This document shows, in pieces, positions 43,370 through 53,425 of a DNA stretch of 64,000 bases. Made by a program: the position numbers and the translations under genes. Source of the stretch: Terriglobia bacterium (GTDB taxonomy: Bacteria > Acidobacteriota > Terriglobia > JAJPHL01 > JAPKYU01); NCBI GenBank assembly GCA_965206645.1, contig CBDBKE010000001.1, positions 256,001 through 320,000 on the forward strand, given 5' to 3'. Each line of letters begins with the position of its first letter. Within the stretch, counting starts at the first letter, position 1. Below the pieces are notes generated by a model. The model was not told where the DNA came from. It worked only from the letters and a program-made list of their open reading frames with translations, and did no database searches.

Positions 43370-44818
43370 CTATGCCAGCAACTTCTGCACTACTTCGCCT
43401 GCGACATCGGTGAGCCGGAAGTCGCGCGCCATGTGGCGATAAGTGAGCCGCTTGTGGTCGAGTCCCAGTAAGTGCAGGAGGGTGGCATGCAGGTCGTGGA
43501 TGTGAATCTTGTCTTCTACGATCCGCAGGCCCAAGTCGTCCGTTTGCCCGACGACCTGCCCGCTCCTAATGCCTCCCCCCGCCATCCAGATGCAGAAGGC
43601 AAACGGGTGGTGGTCTCGTCCCTCGCCGCCCTTGTCCGGGTCGTTGATCTGCACCATAGGAGTGCGCCCAAACTCCCCTCCCCAAATGACCAGCGTGGAG
43701 TCGAGCAGACCGCGCTGCTTCAGATCCTTCAGCAGTGCTGCGGTAGGCTGGTCGACGATCTCGCAGTTCTCCTTCAGGTTTTCCAGAAGTCTGCTATGGT
43801 CGTCCCAGCTCCCGTGCATCAACTGCACAAAGCGCACGCCGCGCTCGATCATCCTTCGGGCCAGTAGACAGTTGGTGCCGAAGGTCTTGGTCGGTTTTTT
43901 ATCCACGCCGTACATCTCCAGCGTGCTCGCCGACTCCTTGGAGAGATCCATTAATTCTGGAGCGGCCATCTGCATTCGGAACGCCAGCTCGTAGGAGGCG
44001 ATGCGCGAGGCGATCTCAACGTCTCCAGTCTTAGCACGGTTGATCTCATTGAGATCCCGGAGAGCGTCCAGAGTGGAACGCTGCATTTCCCGGTTGACTC
44101 CGGGCGGATCCGACAGATAGAGGACAGGGTCACCCGTGTTCCGGAAAGTGACCCCTTGGTAAGTGGACGAGAGAAATCCGCTGGACCAGTTCCCAGTGCC
44201 TGCCCCTGGAGAGGTGCCTCCAGAGCGGAGCACGACAAAACCCGGTAAGCTCTCCGACTCGCTTCCCAGACCGTAGAGAGCCCACGCGCCCATCGAGGGG
44301 CGCCCCACCAGCGGCGTCCCGCACTGCAGCATTAACTGGGCCGGGTGGTGGTTGAACTGCTCCGTGTACATCGACCGGATCATGCAGATGTCGTCGGCCC
44401 GGCTCGCAATGTGCGGCAGCCAATCGGAAAACTCGATGCCGCTTTGCCCGTAGCGCCGGAACGAGCGCGGGCTCGCCCAAACCTTGGCCGTCGGCTTGAT
44501 AAAGGCCAATCTCAAGTCCTTGGTCATAGAAGGCGGCAGAGACTGGCCCTCCCATTTCTTCATCTCTGCCTTGGGATCAAACAGATCAACTTGACTCGGC
44601 CCACCGTCCATGTACAGGAAGATAACGTTTTTTACCTTTGCAGGGAAATGGGGGGACTTGGGAGCAAGCGGGTTAATCTTTTTCGACGTTTGGGTAGCGT
44701 CACCCGCAAGGCCTTCGGCCTGCAACAGGTGCCAGAAAGCAACTGTCCCTAATCCCGCAGCCGTATCGCGCAAGAAGCTTCGGCGACTTTGGAGGGACTT
44801 GAGCTCTTGCCAGTCCAT
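43370..44818 (-). CDS. DUF1501 family protein (Tat-exported, sulfatase-like)
   Basis: SRRSFL Tat motif; GGPSQVDLFDPK, LLARRMIERGVRFVQ, WDDH, GGEFGRTP, GRDH. Confidence 0.92.
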   Translation of the reverse strand: MDWQELKSLQSRRSFLRDTAAGLGTVAFWHLLQAEGLAGDATQTSKKINPLAPKSPHFPAKVKNVIFLYMDGGPSQVDLFDPKAEMKKWEGQSLPPSMTKDLRLAFIKPTAKVWASPRSFRRYGQSGIEFSDWLPHIASRADDICMIRSMYTEQFNHHPAQLMLQCGTPLVGRPSMGAWALYGLGSESESLPGFVVLRSGGTSPGAGTGNWSSGFLSSTYQGVTFRNTGDPVLYLSDPPGVNREMQRSTLDALRDLNEINRAKTGDVEIASRIASYELAFRMQMAAPELMDLSKESASTLEMYGVDKKPTKTFGTNCLLARRMIERGVRFVQLMHGSWDDHSRLLENLKENCEIVDQPTAALLKDLKQRGLLDSTLVIWGGEFGRTPMVQINDPDKGGEGRDHHPFAFCIWMAGGGIRSGQVVGQTDDLGLRIVEDKIHIHDLHATLLHLLGLDHKRLTYRHMARDFRLTDVAGEVVQKLLA

Positions 44819-44863
44819 CGGGGTGTTCTCCTCCAGAGTTTACATCATGTTAGGGGCTGTCAA

Positions 44864-46522
44864 CCGGAATTTCCATTTTGAGCTTCACCTTCACCCGAAA
44901 ACCTATGCCTCTTACCCTGTCGTGTCAATCGCAAATCGCCCGGGCCTCTTTGAGGTGGTAGTGCGGCACATTTTGGCTGTTCTTCGGAGTCGCTGTGCGG
45001 GTTTCGCCTGCCCAGCCTGCCTCGCCGCTGACACTTGTCCGGCCCGACCACTTCTGAGCACCTAAAATTACCCTCTCTCCTGGGTCGCTAGCCGTCTGGC
45101 AGCGGCAGTGCCGAGATCGTTCGCAGCATGCTGCTGAACAGCCTCCGGCTCAAGTGCCCTTCGGCCAGCAAAAGCCAGTAATATCGCGCATGTTTCACCA
45201 GCCGTCCGCCCGTTTTCACCAGCCGCTGCTGCAAACTCGTCAGCGACCAGTTGTTGATCCTCTTCGGTAGCACCAGCCGCCGCCACAGGTTTCCCAAGTT
45301 GTAGGCGATCAGGCTCAGCCATAGGCGCACCTCGTTCGACCGAAACCGATGGCAACTCAGCCGGGTCATCTTTACCGCCTGCTTGCCTTCCTTGATCCAT
45401 TGCTCTGCGGTGCCCCGCTTGTTGTAGAACCGGACCACCGCCCGGCTGTCGGTCTCCAGATTGGTGACGATGAACCCCACGCGAGGGAACAGTTCGCCAA
45501 AGTGGAACTCCACCTTCGCCACCACCCGCCGCGCCTTTTTCCAACTGGCTGCCTGGTAGAGAAAGCTCTTGTACCAGACCACCGGCTTGTGGCTCGGTCG
45601 CCCCACTGGCCGCGTCAACAACTCCGCGATGTCCCTCTCCAGACTGTCGTTGGCCGGGATGCGAATCGCATACTTCACGTCCCGCTCCTCCAGTGCGTCG
45701 TAGATCTCCGGCTTGGCGAAGGCGGCGTCGGCGCGAAACACCACTTCCTTGCCCAGCTTCTGCTGCCGTTCGATCTCTGGCAGGAGAAGTTCTTCCCAAT
45801 CCTCGGCGCTGTGCACGTTGCCGGGTCGCAGCTTGGCCGCCAGACAGTCACCCTCGCGACTGAACAGCAACAACGGGTGATAGCAACTCGACTCGAAATG
45901 CCCGTTGTAGGCGCTCTGCTCCTGTTCGCCGTAGACCGGGATCTCGGTGCTGTCCATGTCCAGCACCACCCGGCGCGGCGCATCCATAGCTTCCGCCCTG
46001 GCGATCAAATCCCGGTTGATCGCTGCCAAACCAGCAAGGTTCTCGTCTTGCGTCAGCAGTTCTGTCTCGAACGACTGTAACCGGGAAGTCAGGGCTGCGC
46101 CACGTTCCCAGATCTTCTCCGAACCGATCAGCCGGAACGTCGGATCTTGGGAAAGCCGCTCGGCGTCGTTGACGTCTTCGTATCCTGCCAAGCGGCTGTA
46201 GATGGACTGCCGCAGCAAGTCAGCGAGGGGCAACCGGGTGTTCTTCCCCCGAGAGTCGATCAAGTGCTGTTCGATAAGTTCGCCGAACCCCAAACGTTCG
46301 TCCAACTCGCGCACCACAATCAGACCGCCGTCGGAAGTGATTCGCGATCCCTGAAATGTGACCCGCAGAAACCGGTTGAATGACAGTTGAAACGCCTGTT
46401 TTTGGCTCTCACCCATTCGGTGTACACCTCCGGAAGGCAATGTTGATGCTGGAACCCGCATCAATACTGACGTTGGAGTCATTCAGAAGGTTGCCGCCGA
46501 TAGTTCATAAAGGAAATCCGGG
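44864..46522 (-). mobile_element. IS1380-family element, transposase 45088-46416, 4-bp target duplication TCAA
   Basis: Ends CCGGAATTTCC / GGAAATCCGGG flanked by TCAA; ITSDGGL, GYEDVND, LDMDST, RPGN, RADAAF, FYNKRGTAEQWIKEGK. Confidence 0.92.
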
Positions 46523-46526
46523 TCAA

Positions 46527-47080
46527 TATATCAATTCGCAATGAACACGCTGGGACGCAGATGCGTGTATATTTGCAGTCGCCGGAAGGCCAAAAAGGAA
46601 ATTCCGGTTAAGGAACTGATTGTCTCCCGGATCGAAACGGCGCTCGGCCTCCCCTCGCGTCCTAAGCAACCGATGATCGAGCGTATCCGCGTCCTGCTCA
46701 ACACGGTAGAGCGGATTGTCTTCAGCCAATCGGAAGGGTCCGAGTATGAACAGCAGCTGCACCAACAGCGCCAGCAGCAGGCGCGCGGACTCTATGACGA
46801 TCTCTGGCGAGTGCTGCGCTTTAGTGCAGTTCATGACGGCTAGGTTAAGGAGATGCCCACATCCGAGCGGTTTTTAGACCTGCTCGGACTGCTGGAGCTA
46901 GAAGTGTTCAAGCGGAGAAGAATCTGGGGCCCAAGGAGGGCACTGGTGAAAATAGGGGAGCCGATAAACCTGGCAAACTACTTCCCGCGTTATCAAACTG
47001 ACAAGCGAGGTGTGCTTCAGGAGGTCACGATCTCGCTAGAGTCCTCAGTTCGGCAGATGTTGGCCGAACTGAGGCCCTAG
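46527..47080 (+). pseudogene. C-terminal fragment of a probable glycerol-phosphate acyltransferase, internal TAG at 46841
   Basis: Two in-frame ORFs separated by one stop; PTSERFLD..LE.EVF and RRALVKIGEPINL tail; lies upstream of an Aas-like gene. Confidence 0.5.
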
Positions 47081-47141
47081 CCCCAGGGGTCTGGCCAGGA
47101 GTGGGACCGAGGATTTTCGCCTGCTTGCAGTGGAGGTTCTA

Positions 47142-49346
47142 ATGGGCTTGTCTTATCGGCTGTTGCGATCCGTCATTTGGTTGCTCACTCGCACCGTCTT
47201 ACGCGTCCGGATCGTCGGACGGGAGAACATCCCCCTGACCGGTCCGGCTCTTCTCATCTGCAACCACATTTCCTACGCGGATGAATTTTTGGTGGGGATC
47301 TGCGTCCCGAGATTCACCCGGTTTCTAGTGAGCAGGCCTCATTACAAGAGCAGGACTCTGCATTGGCTGTTTCGCACGGTCCAGGTCCTCCCAGCCGGAG
47401 GCGGCGGTCCGAGGGAAGCGGTCGAATCCGTTGCGCGAGCCCGAGAAGAGCTTCGTCAAGGCCACCTGGTTTGCGTCTTTCCGGAAGGGGAGATGAGCCG
47501 AACGGGAAATCTGCTTCCCTTCCGTAAAGGCTTTGAGAAGATTGCTGAGGGGTTGGACATCCCCGTGATCCCCCTACACCTGGACCGACTCTGGGAAACC
47601 ATCTTCAGTTTCCGAGGCGGCCGGTTCTTCTGGAAATGGCCCGGACGAATTCCGTATCCGGTCACGGTCTCCTTTGGACAGCCTTTACCTTCGACAGCGG
47701 AAGCGCCGCAGGTGCGGCAGGCGGTCCTGGAGTTGGGGAGGGAGGCGGTCGAATACCGCCGAACTCCGGGAGACCTGTTGCACCTGCGCTTCCTCAATGT
47801 AGCCAAGCGCCACTGGTTCTCCTTTTCCATGGCGGACTCCACCGGTAAGCAGCTCACCTACGGGCGGGCGCTGGTGGCCTCGCTATTGTTGTCCCGCTGG
47901 ATCCGAAAACATCGCCCGAGAGAATCCATGGTGGGACTCCTCCTCCCGTCCTCGGTCGGGGGGGCGCTGGCGAACATCGCGGTACTCCTGGCGGGAAAGG
48001 TACCGGTCAACCTCAACTTCACCGCAGGGCCGACGGCTATGGCCACGGCTATCGAGCAGTGCGGGATCCGGACCCTCTTGACCTCCCGCCGGTTCCTCGC
48101 CAGAGCGAAACTAGAGGAGATCGAAGGGATGGTATTCCTCGAAGAGGTGTTGCCGCAGATCACCTTTTGGCAGAAGGCACTGGTTTCCCTGTCTGCCTTT
48201 GTGCTCCCGTCACGGGTTCTCCGGTTTTGGTACGCTCGTGAACCAGTCCGCCCGCACTCGCTGGCTGCCGTCATCTTTTCCAGTGGGAGCACAGGCATCC
48301 CTAAGGGTGTGATGCTGTCTCACCACAACGTCCTGTCAAATGTTGAGGGAATCGAGCAAGTCTTCTGGGTCACCGCAACAGATCGCATTATGGGCGTTCT
48401 TCCGTTTTTCCACTCCTTTGGATTTACGGGGACCCTCTGGTTTCCGCTTCTGGCTGGCATTGGTGTCGCGTATCACACCAATCCCTTAGATGCCAAGACC
48501 ATCGGAGAGATGGTTTCTAGATACCGGGCCACGATCTTGGTCTCGGCGCCAACATTCACCGCCGGGTACCTTCGCAGATGCACAGCCGAAGAATTCGCCA
48601 CGTTGCGTTATGCCATCGTCGGCTCCGAAAAGCTTCAGCAGTCACTGGCCGAGAGCTTCAAGGAAAAATATCATCTCGATCTCTTGGAAGGCTACGGTTG
48701 CACGGAGATGGCTCCAATTATCTCTGTGAACGTTCCGAACGTCGCTGACGGAGGCGTGCGCCAGACGGGTCTGAAGATGGGCACGGTGGGGCATCCCATT
48801 CCCGGCGTTGTCGCCAAAGTAGTGGATCTCGAAACCGGTGAACCCCTACCCGCCAACAAGGAAGGAATGCTGCTCGTCAAGGGTCCCAACCGAATGATGG
48901 GCTACCTGGGTCAACTCGAAAAGACGGCGGAGGTTCTGAGAAACGGCTGGTATGTTACGGGAGATATCTCCTGCATCGACGAGGATGGTTTCATCCGGAT
49001 CACGGACCGGGCGGTGAGATTCAGCAAGATTGCCGGTGAAATGGTTCCTCATCTGAAGGTTGAGGAGAGGATTAGCGAGATGATCGACGGCCTTCCCTGT
49101 GCCGTTACCTCGATTACCGCTGAGCAGAAGGGCGAACGTCTGATGGCCTTTTATAGCAACAAGGACGTCGCCCCGAGCGAGCTCTGGGATCGGCTCTGCC
49201 GGTCTGACTTGCCGAAGCTATGGATTCCCAAGCGACATGACCTTTTTTGCATCGAGACGATCCCAACCCTCGCAACAGGAAAGACGGACCTGCTGGAGAT
49301 CCGAAACATGGCCCGGCAGATGGCAAAGGCAGAAAGATATCAGTAA
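47142..49346 (+). CDS. Aas-like bifunctional acyltransferase / acyl-ACP synthetase (no MFS domain)
   Basis: PlsC motifs NHISYAD and FPEG; AMP-binding FSSGSTGIPKG, EGYGCTE, WYVTGD, RFSKIAGEMV. Confidence 0.88.
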   Translation: MGLSYRLLRSVIWLLTRTVLRVRIVGRENIPLTGPALLICNHISYADEFLVGICVPRFTRFLVSRPHYKSRTLHWLFRTVQVLPAGGGGPREAVESVARAREELRQGHLVCVFPEGEMSRTGNLLPFRKGFEKIAEGLDIPVIPLHLDRLWETIFSFRGGRFFWKWPGRIPYPVTVSFGQPLPSTAEAPQVRQAVLELGREAVEYRRTPGDLLHLRFLNVAKRHWFSFSMADSTGKQLTYGRALVASLLLSRWIRKHRPRESMVGLLLPSSVGGALANIAVLLAGKVPVNLNFTAGPTAMATAIEQCGIRTLLTSRRFLARAKLEEIEGMVFLEEVLPQITFWQKALVSLSAFVLPSRVLRFWYAREPVRPHSLAAVIFSSGSTGIPKGVMLSHHNVLSNVEGIEQVFWVTATDRIMGVLPFFHSFGFTGTLWFPLLAGIGVAYHTNPLDAKTIGEMVSRYRATILVSAPTFTAGYLRRCTAEEFATLRYAIVGSEKLQQSLAESFKEKYHLDLLEGYGCTEMAPIISVNVPNVADGGVRQTGLKMGTVGHPIPGVVAKVVDLETGEPLPANKEGMLLVKGPNRMMGYLGQLEKTAEVLRNGWYVTGDISCIDEDGFIRITDRAVRFSKIAGEMVPHLKVEERISEMIDGLPCAVTSITAEQKGERLMAFYSNKDVAPSELWDRLCRSDLPKLWIPKRHDLFCIETIPTLATGKTDLLEIRNMARQMAKAERYQ

Positions 49347-49407
49347 CCGTTGCCAGGTGCTTGCTGGACCCCCCGGAATGTTAGGCCGGCTCGATCACTA
49401 GGAGGAA

Positions 49408-50300
49408 TTAACTCCTGGTGATGAATTCATCCAAATTCAGCAGGAATTGGCACACCCCGAACCAGGCCACCGCCTCCACAGGCTCGATCCCTTCCAGATC
49501 AATGGCGGGGAATAACTTTTCAGCCTCAGGGCCTTCGGGCGTCCGCAGATCAACGATATACAACCAGCCCTCCTGCTGCTGTGAAGCTGCCTCTTGCAGT
49601 GCTGGATCATCGGGACCAAATGTTTTGATGACGTGATGCATTAAGCGGATAAACGCCGGATTGGGGCGAAAGTGTTCAAGCGGGTTAAGCCGGCCCTGTG
49701 TGTGAGCGAGAAGATGACGCTGTTGGAAAAAGCGCGTAAGGGAAGCGATGTCGGCGGTGGCGAGATAATTGCCATAGTGCTTGCCCGAGGCCGCAAACCA
49801 GAGGTCGCTGCCATCTCTGAGGTTCTGAAAAGCGTTGCGACGCAGTGGCGGCAATGACGAGTAACGGGTATACAAGGCCTCCGCATAACGCTGGAATGCG
49901 GTGCCGGCACTTTGAAGGCCGTTCTCTGCGATAAGACGAACGGTGATCTCCGCCGTGTCCCGGTCGGGGATAGCAGCGCGGACTTCCGGAAGGGAGTCAA
50001 GAGCGCTGCGGATGCTGCTGACGGCCTGGCTGCACATCAAGTCGACAGCGTTGTGGCCGCAGGCCGGGCAGAAAAATGCTGCTCCAATAACCGCGTAGCG
50101 GCAGCCACAGGCGGTACAGATAATTTTGAGTCGCATCGGCCCTGCTGCCCCCGGCGGCAGCAAGACGGGCTGAAGTCGGCTGTTCACCTTCATTGTGATG
50201 TGGATGAAACTGTTTCGTGGCTGGCGCCGGTTCCAAGAGGCCGCGTCTCACTTCATCGCAGGGCCAATTCGCTGCCGTACATGGGCAACAGCGGCCTTAG
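49408..50300 (-). pseudogene. Chimeric frame of three gene fragments: Zn-finger/HEPN-like piece, unknown piece, DUF1553 C-terminus
   Basis: CTACGC...FCPACG and RHLLAH (49702-49719); last 38 aa end LLNLDEFITRS like the gene at 40709; in-frame stop upstream near 50248. Confidence 0.55.
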
Positions 50301-50384
50301 AGGGATGGAAAATAGGACGCCGAGGATGCCACCGAATCCGGCGATCATCGTGGTTTCTCAGTAGTCGAACTCGTTCCACACGCC

Positions 50385-50679
50385 CAGGATCACCAGCGCC
50401 GGAATTGTGAAAATCATGCCAGCTGCCACGCTTTCGCCGGCCGAAGCCGCGGTTTGGACGATGTTGTGCTCAAAGAATGTTCGAATTGCGAAATGGCCGC
50501 AGTATGGCCATCGCGATGACGGCGGCCGATACCGTCAACCCGGCGAACAGGCCCAGATACATATTGGCCGCACCCAGGATCACTGCCAGAAAGGCGCCCA
50601 GAAAAAACGACTTCAGGGTGATTTCGGCAAGGTTCGTCGTCGGGGAAACATAGGGCTTGTGAGGTGCTGTTTGAGACAT
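50385..50679 (-). pseudogene. OPT-family oligopeptide transporter N-terminal fragment, frameshifted
   Basis: EITLKS..LG......GAANMYLGL.AGLTVSA, then [23 protein letters not shown] in another frame. Confidence 0.8.
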
Positions 50680-50843
50680 GCGGGATGGCATATTCCAAAC
50701 CGGGGAACGAGCCCAGCGATCTTGTTGGTATGACAAGAATTAGGGCTAATCCGCATAGTTCACCAGTAGGACCAGAAGCGGGTGAAATGGTAACGCGGTC
50801 CGCCCCCGGATTCCCAAGAGTAACCCCAGGACGCCAGGGAGGC

Positions 50844-51959
50844 TTACTCAGGGATCGGCGCCGGAGCCTGAACCTGCGTCATCAAATCATCGTCCCATTC
50901 GCCATCGACCACTACATGGGCCAGGGCGCCCAACTCTACCGCCTCGATCAGGTTGTGGGTGAGGTACGCATAGACGCCCGGCTGCCTGAAGGTGTAGATT
51001 GCCGCACCAGCGGAGCCGCCACGGATGAACCAGGTCTGAAGCCCGTGGGCAGGGGGATCGGCGAATGAGCCCTGCTCCCACACGTAGTCACCATGTCCGC
51101 CGATAAGGTGCGGTCTAGAGTCCCGGTTGGCTTGGGAGTGGATGAACAGGACGGTCTCGCCAACCTTGGCCTTCATCGCCCCATCGCCGGTGAGCGCGCC
51201 GACCCGGCCATTAAACACCACATGGGACGGTGTGAGCGTGCGCATTACCTTAAGGACATCGGCGATGCCGTCGGCGGGACTTTTGTACTTCATGAAGTTG
51301 CCGTCGGAGTCTCGGGGAATGTAGTAGTCCTGCTCGCCGACATAGTAGGCCTTGTCGTAGCGGATGGGGCCGCCATCGCGGTCCTTGAGGCCGTCTCTTG
51401 GCAGCACCATGAGGGCCCCATTCATGCCGGAAACAACATGATATGGAATCATTGATCCACCCGGTGCGCAGTGATAGATGAAGGTGCCCGGCTTGATCGC
51501 CTTCCAGCGGAGCAGGACCTGTTCGCCTGGTTGTACGTGCGTCAGGGCGCCCCCGCCGAGCGCCCCAGTTGAGGCATGAAAGTCGATGTTGTGCTTGAAG
51601 ACATTGCCATTCGGATTCTTCAGCGTGAGCTCGACATAGTCCCTCTCGTGGCAGATGATCAGCGGCCCCGGAATGGAGTTATTGAACATGAGAGCGTCGA
51701 TTTCGGTCCCATCGTCGTCGATCACTCGCTTGCCTTCGTGGACGATAAGCTCAACCTCGACAATCTTCGGCCCGGCGGCGGCGACCTGCTCATGCTCAGG
51801 AACGAAAGGCGGGTCGACAAGCTCCTGCTTGACGCGTGGTAGTCCACTAATGTCCGCCTGGGCAGAGGGGGCGGCTGCCGCCCCCGGTTGAGTCATGGCT
51901 GACATGGCGGCCAGCGAGCCACCAGCCTCCAGAAACCGGCGTCTGCTGATGTTGAACAT
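50844..51959 (-). CDS. nirK: Copper-containing nitrite reductase
   Basis: Tat signal SRRRFL; HNIDFHA, YHCAP...YHVVSGM Cu ligands; PHLIGGHGD; [11 protein letters not shown]. Confidence 0.95.
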   Translation of the reverse strand: MFNISRRRFLEAGGSLAAMSAMTQPGAAAAPSAQADISGLPRVKQELVDPPFVPEHEQVAAAGPKIVEVELIVHEGKRVIDDDGTEIDALMFNNSIPGPLIICHERDYVELTLKNPNGNVFKHNIDFHASTGALGGGALTHVQPGEQVLLRWKAIKPGTFIYHCAPGGSMIPYHVVSGMNGALMVLPRDGLKDRDGGPIRYDKAYYVGEQDYYIPRDSDGNFMKYKSPADGIADVLKVMRTLTPSHVVFNGRVGALTGDGAMKAKVGETVLFIHSQANRDSRPHLIGGHGDYVWEQGSFADPPAHGLQTWFIRGGSAGAAIYTFRQPGVYAYLTHNLIEAVELGALAHVVVDGEWDDDLMTQVQAPAPIPE

Positions 51960-52257
51960 GGACAATCCCTGCCTATTCTTAGGATGTCGGTGTCTGTCCG
52001 CTGAAACTTCCCTGGAAACCAACCCGTTCTCGTTTACACTGCACGGCTGATTCTCTCATGCGCCGACAGAGCCCCACAAGGAGGGGGGGACGCTGACACG
52101 CTCGGAAAGTTCATCACCAGGTAACGCCACGCCTCGTCCCGTCTTACCCGTCTTGTCGGTTCAGAGTGGCTAGATCGTGTGGTTGAAAGACCGGAGGGTG
52201 GGGATCGATCAAAATCGGAGGAACAACCCCATTCAAAGCAGATTGCCCATGCACCGG

Positions 52258-52388
52258 GGTACTGTCAAGTTAAGCAGTTTGGCGGCATTCTCGCCGCCCG
52301 TCGCCACCGCTAAGTCATTGATTCTCAGTCTCTGATCCAGCATAATCCTTCCGCAAAACGGGTAGATTCTGCTCAACTTGACAGTACC
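52258..52388. mobile_element. 131-bp MITE with IS6-type inverted repeats
   Basis: GGTACTGTCAAGTT...AACTTGACAGTACC, identical to the IRs of the IS6 at 58910-59713; no transposase. Confidence 0.8.
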
Positions 52389-52417
52389 CCGACGGTCGAG
52401 TTCCATTGAGGAGAAAC

Positions 52418-53215
52418 ATGTCTTCGTGCACACGGACCACGGCTGGCGTAGTCGGCATCGGCGTCGCCCTCCTGCTCCTCGGCTGCTCCGGCCCACCGGA
52501 ACCCGCCAGCCAACAGAGTTCATCCACGTCGTCGCCGTCGGTGCCCCCGCGTGAAGTCGTGGTGGCTACAACGATGACGACAGCGGATCTTGTGAGCGAA
52601 CGCGTCTGTCTCGATCAAGAAGGACCCCACGTGCTTGAGGCGGAAGCGGCGTCTGAGAACGCAGCAACGGGATTTCTGACCCTCGATGACGGGAGCGCAG
52701 AGGCTGAGTACGTCGCCTCAGCGGTGCGGTTCGCCGGCCAGCCTCGACGGATTCGCAGCGAGCAGGTCGTGCTGCACGCCGGCGAACCCTGCTACTTGGT
52801 CAGTGCACAGACCGGGATCACGGGAGATCGTGCGACGACACGCTTGATCAGGCTCGATGCTCCACCGGAGCCCGCTCAGGAATCAGAGTCAAGCGTGGAT
52901 TCGGACGAACCCACCGAGTTTTCAGGGCACACGAAGCAGCTCCTGGCGTTGTACAAGGAACTCCACTCCTTCAAGGACGACCCAACGTTCCACGAGGTGG
53001 GATTCGGAAGTTGCTGTCGCTTTCACAGCTGGCAGACACGAGTTGAGGAGCTTCGGTCGAAAGCGGAGCTTGAAACGCTCGCGGACGTTGGCGTCCTGCC
53101 CGGAGACCTACTGATGCTTGGCATGGAGTATATGCGGAGCAAGGGCCGCCCGACCGAGTACACCAAAACAATGGAACCTCATTACGAATCGGGCCTGGCC
53201 GCGCTCGGCCACTAG
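52418..53215 (+). CDS. Hypothetical lipoprotein
   Basis: Lipobox LLLLGC after a hydrophobic stretch; GAGGAG SD. Confidence 0.6.
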   Translation: MSSCTRTTAGVVGIGVALLLLGCSGPPEPASQQSSSTSSPSVPPREVVVATTMTTADLVSERVCLDQEGPHVLEAEAASENAATGFLTLDDGSAEAEYVASAVRFAGQPRRIRSEQVVLHAGEPCYLVSAQTGITGDRATTRLIRLDAPPEPAQESESSVDSDEPTEFSGHTKQLLALYKELHSFKDDPTFHEVGFGSCCRFHSWQTRVEELRSKAELETLADVGVLPGDLLMLGMEYMRSKGRPTEYTKTMEPHYESGLAALGH

Positions 53216-53249
53216 CGCGTGCGGCGCGAAGTCCAACAGTCGAGTCACC

Positions 53250-53357
53250 GCCCACGATTCGAACGCCGCCGTGGCCGCCGCGTACGGTTGGTCGGCGGAC
53301 ATCTCCGACGACGAGGTTCTCCGCGAGTTGCTGGCGCTGAACGGCGGCGAGAGGTGA
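53250..53357 (+). pseudogene. Extreme C-terminal fragment of an MmeI/YeeA-like type IIG/IIL R-M enzyme
   Basis: AAVAAAYGWSADISDDEVLRELLALN matches the conserved D.AV.AAYGW.....D.EIL..LL.LN tail. Confidence 0.65.
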
Positions 53358-53425
53358 GCAAGCACGGTGCGGCGCGATCCGCCGGACGGGCCGACGACGC
53401 GCCCGCTTTGACCGGAGATAGCCCC

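Noticed and set aside
52190-52215. FNR/NnrR box upstream of nirK
   Set aside because: Only the ATCAA half-site is present; no TTGAT at the required spacing.
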